Below, piece after piece: positions 55,963-64,000 of a DNA stretch of 64,000 nucleotides. Below the pieces are notes generated by a model. It was not told where the DNA came from. It did not search any database and saw nothing but the letters and a program-made list of their open reading frames with translations. The position numbers and the translations under genes are program-made. This stretch comes from the human T2T-CHM13v2.0 reference genome, Homo sapiens: assembly GCF_009914755.1 (NCBI RefSeq), contig NC_060930.1; one strand, 5' to 3'. The stretch's first letter is position 1; every line of letters starts with the position of its first letter.

Positions 55963-57464
55963 GTTTTTACAAAAAATCTTTAGAAGAAAATATAGGAGAA
56001 TATCTTTATCACCTCAGGGTACTTAGGCCACTCTTGAACACAGTTCAAAGGATAGAAATTATAAAGGAAAATATTGACAAAATAAATTACATTAAAAGAA
56101 TTTATGTTCATCAAAAATAGCCATTAAAAGAGAGAAAAAATACATACCATCAACTGGAAGGAGATATTTGCCACACATCAAACTGACAAAGGATCAGGAT
56201 CATGAATATATAAAGAACTCCTATGAATTAATAACACATACAATACCTATCTCTTCCTGTGTGTCAAGGTCTATTAAAAATAATAAATAACCCAATGAAA
56301 AAATGGGCCAAAATGAATATTTCACAAAGGAAGGAAACCAAATATTAAAAACATTAAAAGATGCTCAGCTCATTTGTAATCAGAGAAATACAAATTAAAA
56401 CCCCATTGGTATAAAATTTTAGTCCCACATGACTGGCAAATATTAAAAATCTTGGCACTATCAAGTATTCATAAAGACATAAAGCAACAGGATGTCTCCT
56501 ATGCTGATGTACAGCAGAAATCAGTACAATCTTCGGCATCACCTATTTTAATTCACCCTTCAATTCCAATCCTAGACATTTACGGATACTAGCAAAAGCC
56601 TTGCATGTGCAAACAGGTGATGAGTATAAGATTATTTATAGCAGAAATTGCTTATAATAAATAAAAAGCTGAAAACAACCTGAAATTTCCATCAATAGTA
56701 AAATGAATAAATAACAGTGGTACATTCATAGAATGGAATGAATATTAAATGACTACATATGGCAATATAAATGAGTCTAAATAATGTTGTCGGGGAGAAG
56801 AAAGACCTTGAAGAATTCAAGCAGTTATGAAAAGATGAAACTTTGAAAAATGAGGAGTGAGTTAGACATTCCAGTCAGCGTCTATGAACAGCATGACCCA
56901 CATGGGAACTGCACGTGCACAACCCGTCCCCCATGGCACGTTTCCCCAATGTGGAGCTCGGTCTATGTGGACTAAGTTACTCTGTGTCTCTGAGATCACA
57001 ATGGGAATTATCATTGGAGTTCTTAAAAATCAGAGTTTGTATGTCCAGAAAGAAAGATTCTGTCTGCTTGCCCAATCATTGACTGTAGCAGGATTTAACA
57101 TTAGTATTCAAATTATTAAAGCTATAAATTAAGAATCTCCATTTTTCTGAACATTTAAATTCAGTTTGCAAATCTTCTTTCTTTTTTATTTAGAAATATA
57201 GCAATTGTCCAAAAATCAGAAGAGCTATTTTCACACTCCTTGATAAATGTTTAAATTAGTTCATAAGTTAAAAAACTAAAATGTCCTATCTTAAATAACA
57301 AAATTTTCTTAGACACTTCGAACTACAATTAGGTATTTAACACATCTGAATTGCTCAAATGCCTATCATGCAGATTTAATAAATTTAATAAGAACATTCT
57401 TTCCTAGCATTCAATCTATATGATAACTCTAATAAACTTTAAAATATAATAAAGCCAATAACTT

Positions 57465-58890
57465 GTAGGTGTGTGTGTGTGTATGTGTTTTCTCTTTTTT
57501 TTTATCATTAATACTTTAAGTTCTGGGCTACATGTGCAGAACATGCAATTTTGTTACATAGGTATACACGTGCCGTGGTGGTTTGCTGTACCCATCAACC
57601 CATCACCTACATTAGGTATTTCTCCTAATGTTATCCCTTCCCTAGCCCCCCACCCCCTACAGGCCCCAGTGTTTGATGTTCCCCTTCCTGTGTCCATGTG
57701 TTCTCATTGTTCAACTCCCACTTATGAGTGAGAACATGCAGTGTTTGGTTTTCTGATCTTGTGATAGTTTGCTGAGAATGATGGTTTCCAGCTTCATCCA
57801 TGTTCCTGCAAAGGACATCAACTCATCCTTTTTTATGGATGCATAGTATTCCATGGTGTATATGTGCCACATTTTCTTAATCCAGTCTGTCATTGATGGA
57901 CATTTTGGTTGGTTTCAAGTCTTTGCTATTGTGAATAGTGCCACAATAAACATACATGTGCATGTGTCTTTATTGTAGAATGGTTTATAATCCTTTGGGT
58001 ATATGCCCAGTAATAGGACTGCTGGGTCAAATGGTATTTCTAGTTCTAGATCCTTGAGGAAAGGCCACACTGTCTTCCACAATGGTTGAGCTAATTTACA
58101 CTCCCACCAATAGTGTAAAAGCATTCCTATTTTTCCACAATCTCTCCAGCACCTGACTTTTTAATGATCACCATTCTAACTGGCGTGAGATGGTATCTCA
58201 TTGTGGTTTTGATTTGCATTTCCCTAATGACCAGCGATGAGGAGCGTTTTTTCATATATCTGTTGGCTGAATAAATATCTTCTTTTGAGAAGCCTGTCTG
58301 TTCATATCCTTTGCCCATTGTTTGATGGGGTTGTTTGCTTTTTTCTTGTAAATTTGTTTAAGTTCTTTGTAGATTCTGGATATTAGCCCTTTGTCAGATG
58401 GAAGGATTGCAAAAAATTTCTCCCATTCTGTAGGTTGCCTGTTCACTCTGATGGTAGTTTCTTTTGCTGTGCAGCTCTTTAGTTTAATTAGATCCCATTT
58501 GTCAATTTTGGCTTTTAATGCCATTGCTTTTGGTGTTTTAGACATGAAATCTTTGCCCACACCTATGTCCTGAATGGTATTGCCCAGGTTTTCTTCTAGG
58601 ATTTTATGCCCAGGTTTTCTTCTAGGATTTTATGCCCAGGTTTTCTTCTAGATTTTCTTCTAGGTTTTCTAGGTCTTATGTTTAAGTATTTGATCCATCT
58701 TGAGTTGATTTTTCTATAAGGTGTAAGGAAGGGGTCCAGTTTCAGTTTTCTGCATGTGGCTAGCCAGTTTTCCCAACACCATTTATTAAATAGGGAATCT
58801 TTTCCCCATTGTTTGTGTGTGTCAGGTTTGTCAAAGATCAGATGGTGGTAGACGTGTGGTGTTATTTTTGAGGCCTCTGTTCTGTTCCAT
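57465..58890 (-). mobile_element. L1PA7/8-like 5'-truncated L1
   Basis: ORF2 C-terminus ([42 protein letters not shown]) plus 3'UTR; TSD taataaagccaataactt 57447-57464 / taataaagtcaattactt 58891-58908. Confidence 0.93.
58581..58672. repeat. 26-bp tandem repeat inside the L1PA element
   Basis: tgcccaggttttcttctaggatttta at 58581 and 58607, partial copy at 58633, then ttttcttctagg sub-repeats. Confidence 0.9.
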
Positions 58891-59854
58891 TAATAAAGTC
58901 AATTACTTTAATCTCACATATCTTAAAATCAGATAAAGCATATTTAAAGTGGTATAGTAATGACAAAACTTACTACATTCATACAATCCCTACAAATACA
59001 TACCCTACATAACAACAGCAATATTACATTAGAATTTTTGTTCTGGATTTACACACTTGCCCAGTGAAGGCCAGCATTAGCACCTCTGGCTGGCCACAGG
59101 AACTGGGACATGTCCACTTAAAGATTTTGACATTGGACTGGCCACTGCTGACCAGATGATACTGCCCAAGCCACAAGCCAACAAGTTGAGCCCTGATTTA
59201 ACTTAGACTCTGTCTTCTTATCCAATCACTTACTGAAATACTTTCATAACGTTTTTCTGCATACCCACACTCCTCTCCAATTCCCTGCCCCACCCAGATT
59301 GCAACACTTTTATGTCTTTTCATTCGTGAAATTCTGTACCCTTTAATATTTTACTTTGACATTTGTTTTATCATTTCTATAATCATTTGTTTATACAAGG
59401 CTAACTCGAGGGGGAATTAATTTTGAATTATAAATTCACAAAGGCATTAGACACTTGGCTAGAGGATGAGCTGGAGATAAAAATTATTCTTAGACTATAA
59501 AGTATCTAAAATAAAGAAAAAAGAATTTACAAACATCTTGAAACTATAGGTTAAGGAGTTTCCAATTGTTTCTGACATGCAGGGATTGACAAATAAAAAA
59601 CATTTCAGTGCTGGTTGCTAGCTTAAGATTTCTAAAATGTCACTGCATTTGTCTCTGTCCAATGCAGACCTCACTGAGGATATGCAGATGCTGTTACAGT
59701 AACAGCAATAATCCAAAATGTAATGACTTATTACCCCTACCTGCTCGTGCAAGACCTTGGGCACCTCTAAATTCCATCCAAATATTTCCTGGGGTCCCCC
59801 ACAAATGTCTCACATGTTTTCATAAACAAAATCACTTATGCAGTTGAGGCAACA

Positions 59855-59998
59855 TTTTTATTTTTCAGAGACAGGATCTCATTCTCTTGCCCAGACTGGA
59901 GTGCGGTGGTGTGATCATAGCTTACTGCAGCCTCGACCTCCTGGGCTCAAGACCTCTGAGTAGCTGGGATTACAGGAATGAGTCACTGCACCCAGTCC
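59855..59998 (-). mobile_element. FRAM/AluJ single arm
   Basis: gagacaggatctc...gatcatagcttactgcagcctcgacctcctgggctcaag...gagtagctgggattacagg. Confidence 0.85.
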
Positions 59999-60784
59999 TA
60001 ATTTAATTTAAGCATTTTTCAGAGACTGCCCCAATGTGCTCCAGACCCCGGATGACATGGGTTCATTCTGCAAGAAGGTTTCCAGATTAGAATCCCTTTG
60101 GGTACGGAATTTGGGGAAATAGTTTGGGGAAATGATTCTTTCAGCTTTTCTTTTAGCTTTTAGCTTTGCAGGGATTCAGCTAAGACAAGAGCTAAATAGG
60201 GCAGGCAGGGACTGGGAAGGGAAATATAGAGAAGAAAAAAATGTAAGAGATGATAAGCACCAGCATTCACACATGAAGATGACACCTTATGATGGATTGT
60301 GGTGATGGGGATTAAAGAGGAGTCAAAGTGAAATTAGAGTTTCTCGGCTGTTGCCAAGACAGTAAATAACAAAGAGGGAGGATGGATTGTACACAGGAGA
60401 AAGATAAGAACTTTTCTCTTAACTTCCTTCATGTACTTCGGCATGCGTTCACACAAACCTCACCTCGACGTTTTGAGAAGGAAATGTATTTGTGGTTCTT
60501 CAGTTGACATCTATTTTCTCATGTGTATTTTGCAAGCTTTGTAGCCCTAAGATAAAGTCAAAACAATGAAATTCTGTTTATTAGTGTTGTTACAGTTATT
60601 AAACTCCATTTTCTCTTTTGGGAAACATCAGTTCCATTAGAATTAGAAGATTGTCCCCAAAAATGTTTTCACAAGGATATTTGAGGATGCTTTTTTCATG
60701 ATGGAAACGAATCGAAACAAATGTCCACCAGTGAGTGAACTGGGTAAATTAAGATCTATACAGATGATGAAGTCATTAAGAATG

Positions 60785-61900
60785 ATCCATTCATCCATTC
60801 GTTCATTCAACATTTTTTTTTTGAATGGTAACTGTATGTCAGGCACTATTCTAGTTTCTTCAGAGGTAAACAAAGCCGGCAAAATGTTCTGCTCTCCTTG
60901 ACCTTACAGTCTAGTGGAGAGAGACAGTAAACAAAATAAGTAAGGAAAATATATGTTGGATGTCAAGAAGCACTATGGATACAAATAAAGCAGGCAAGAG
61001 GATTAGGGAGGCCAAAGAAGGATGCCATTTAAAATAGGGAGATGAGGGAAGATGACATTTGAGTAAAAATGTGAAGGAGAAAAGGGAGAGCCACATGGAT
61101 ATTAGGGTAAGCTGCCTTCTAGGCTTATGGAAGAGCAGATGCAAGGGTGCTGAGGCAGGAGCAAGCCGGATGTGCCCAAGGAACAGAAAGGAGACTGGTT
61201 GAATAAGAGAAGTAAGTGAGCAGCAGAGAAGTAAACTAGAGGATCAACAAGATCAGAGATGCCAAGTTACACAGGGCTTGTCATAGACTTTAGTTTTTAT
61301 TCTAAGTGACATGGGAGATCTTTGGACAATTTTGAGCAGACAAGAGCCATGATCTTATTTATGTTTTACAGGATCCCTCTGGCTCCTTTGTTAAGATTGG
61401 GTATAAGGGGTTGGGCACGGTGCCTCATGCCTGCAATACCAGCACTTTAGGAGGCCAAGGTTGGAGAATCACTTGAGGCTAGGAGTTTGAGACCAGCCTG
61501 GTCATCATGGAGAGACCCCGTCTCTACAAAATATTTTAAAAAATTGTTTTAAAGTATGGCTAGAAGGAAGATAAAGGCAGTAGAAAGGTTACCAGTTAGG
61601 AGGCTATTAGAATAACCCAGGTGAGAAATGATGATTCAGAATGGTAGCCATGAAGGTGAAACAGTTTGAGTAAGATCTGGATACATTTTGAAGGTAGAGT
61701 AGATGGAATTTGCTGACACATTGGTTTAGAGGTCTGAGAAAAAAATAAGGAGGAAAAAAATGACTCCAAGGTTTCTGGCCTAAGCAACCAGAAAGATGGA
61801 ACAGCTATTTACCGAAATGGGAATTCTGCAGGAAGAACAAGTTCCATTAGGTTAAACTCTAGTGCCATTTTTGCAGGTTCAAAACATTTGAATATCCGTC
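60785..61900 (-). mobile_element. L2a LINE, split by FLAM
   Basis: ccattcatccattcgttcattcaacatt tail; cttacagtctagtgg; gaccagttaggaggctatt-like and atgactccaaggtttctggcctaagcaac motifs. Confidence 0.85.
61409..61545 (+). mobile_element. FLAM_C / AluJ left monomer
   Basis: gggcacggtgcctcatgcctg...cttgaggctaggagtttgagaccagcctgg...gaccccgtctctacaaaa. Confidence 0.85.
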
Positions 61901-62049
61901 TTTTCATATAGTTTAACCTAACGTAAATGTATGTTGACATAGAAAGATATCCTGGAAATATTTTTGAGTGGAAAAAGGAGCATACAGAATTGCCAAAAAT
62001 CATATGATTCTATTTACAAAAAATTGAGAGTGCGTGGGGGACCCTAAGA

Positions 62050-64000
62050 CTTGCAATGTGAAGATTTGTCTTGATGTGCTCAAGAACTTTAAAAATCCAG
62101 AGCCTTTTGGTGCTCTGGGATTGCAGAAGTAGTCTACTGCCTTCTACTAAGACTGACATTGACCTCTTGCTTGAAGACATTACAGGATCCTCTAACTTAA
62201 AGAGAGCACGAGAGCCTCTCAGGATCTACCCTATCTGTCCTGGACATCACACCAATACACAGGATCAAGTCACATGAGCCAGCATGGGAAGTGCTGAGCT
62301 TATTAAGCCAGGACAGGGTCTCTATGCTTCAAAAAAGCCACAAGACCTAGCCGACTAGTGCTAGCTAGAGCTGGGGTTTGGGGGACATGCATGGGGCTGG
62401 ATCCCAAGGTGATGTGTCAAGGAAGACAAGATCAACTCAGATAAGCGGGGGAGGGCTCATTGATATGGGAGCATCATTTTGTAATTCAGAATTCAACACT
62501 CCTGCAAGGATCCCAGAAGATGATGCTGATATGCTGCTAGGAGGCTCTCAACCTCTTGGAAAATATATTTGCAATAAATTGTAGGAGAAATGCTAGAGCT
62601 GCTGCAGCAAACAGTGAAGGGGAGAAGAGGCTTGTAGAGGTGGGCACGCCAGAATGGATCTTCCACATGCAGCCAAAAAGCCTGTTCACCTGAGCAGCAA
62701 GGACAGAGCTGGTTAGAAGGGAGCAAGCCTCACTGAGAAGCTCAGTGGCATGCCCAACAGCAATGCATCATAAGACGGAAGTGGTACATTTGGATCAGAG
62801 CACTCAATGAAGCTGCATGAAGAGGTGGCCCAACCCCACATGACATCTAACAGTACCACACATGCACTCTCCCTGAGCTCACCAATTCAGCTGCATGGGG
62901 GAGGGAGATCGCTTTTGAGAAGCTAAAGGAATTTTTAAAAAGGCTGAGCAGGGCTCACCAATGGATGGTTGTCTTGGTGTGTGAGTACAAGCTAAAGACA
63001 GGTGGCTTCTGTGTCACAGCCCCTCTCACAAATGGCACTGAAAGCAGCAGTGGGGAGGGATCTCCCAGTGAGCAGAGTTTTAGGCAGCACACTTAGTCAT
63101 CCACGATGTGGTAAGAGAGTAGCTTGAGTCAAGATGATAGGTGGTTTCATGGACAGTGATAAACCATGTGACTGGTGGGTTGGATCTGTCAAAAGAAAGT
63201 TTGGAAGGTCAGAGGCAAGGGGGTCTGGAGAAGAGGCTGCAGATGGACATAGGGGAGCAGAAACCACGTGGGAGGGACTTTGTTTCCCATGTTAATGTCC
63301 ATCACAGAACATTCATCATAGAAGACTCACTAAACAACCAAGGAGATGGGATGATTTGACCCGTTGACAACAGCCAGCTTCTGTCACCAGCTATGCCAAG
63401 TGTTGGCACAATGGGCTCATGGACAGAGGCCATGGGGGCAGGAATGCAGGCTATATTTGGGCCCAATAGTGCTGCTATTGCTGCAACCAACTTTACAGGA
63501 ACAAAGCCAACATTGAGACCCCAGTTTGGCACCGTCCCTCAAGGAGATCAGCTACTTGGTGATAACTTGACTTCAGTGGACCATTTCTACCCAGGAATGA
63601 GCAGTCGTTCATATTGACTGAGAGCAAATATGTATTTCAAGTACAAGTTTGCTCTCCTGCCTGCCAAGCCTCAGCCATCACCATGATCACAGGCCTTACT
63701 GAGTGTTGGACCATTGATATGGGATCTTGCTTAACATCGTCTTGGACAAGGGTCTTACTATGCAACAAAGGAAGTATAGCAGTGGGCACTTAACCACGGG
63801 ATCCACTGGTTCTATCACATACAGTCCCGCCTAGAACATTTGTGCCTGATAAAAATTGAACAGCTTTTTGAAGGTGCAGCTGAGGCACTAGCTTAGAAGT
63901 GACACTCTGCAAATATGGAGCACTCTTCTCCAGAATGCTGTACACATCCTAAATCAATAAACATTACTGAGCTGTGTCCCCTGATATAGTCTATAACCCA
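62050..64000 (+). mobile_element. ERV-L class internal sequence (ERVL-E/ERV3-16A3-like): gag plus RNase H/integrase remnants, runs off the window
   Basis: Gag-like LIDMGASFCNSEFNTPAR; pol-like AQQQCIIRRKWYI, FVSHVNVHH...LNNQGDGM, AQWAH, PTLRPQFGTVPQGDQ, HGIHWFYH; many frameshifts. Confidence 0.85.

Larger units (their letters stand above)
53290..56820 (+). mobile_element. Old L1M (L1ME-like) ORF2/3' region, interrupted by an LTR and a second L1 3' end
   Basis: Highly diverged A-rich ORF2 (ctaagcctaaatggttctacaggtgagttc, tttattctaggaatgcagggttagttca, ccagatatcaagactt...gctatagtaattaaga). Confidence 0.78.

Overview
This is primate (human-like) non-coding DNA made mostly of transposable elements, and I recognise no intact protein-coding gene. 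The only gene-derived sequence is a minus-strand processed pseudogene of SNRPB2 (U2 snRNP B'') at 23654-24612. It has a 14-bp TSD, a poly-A remnant, two 1-nt frameshifts and a 12-nt deletion. Main repeats: a near full-length old L1 (L1PB4-like, 8540-16933) carrying five nested insertions; a rearranged L1MD containing an L1MB that in turn contains a near full-length Tigger1; L1PA2-like and L1PA7-like 3' fragments; solo LTRs (THE1D, LTR1, MLT1A0, MLT2A1, MSTD, MER4-group); an ERV-L gag/pol remnant at the right end; MADE1, MER5A and MER20B; and many Alu, MIR, L2 and CR1 copies. I found no convincing novel biological system. The best leads are (1) an MLT2A1 LTR with DUX4-type motifs, a TATA box and an internal splice donor, (2) minus-strand exon candidates suggesting a spliced lncRNA, and (3) repeated fold-back/template-switch hairpin scars, clustered at 16400-16625. 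Subfamily names come from remembered consensus sequences and should be confirmed with RepeatMasker/Dfam.
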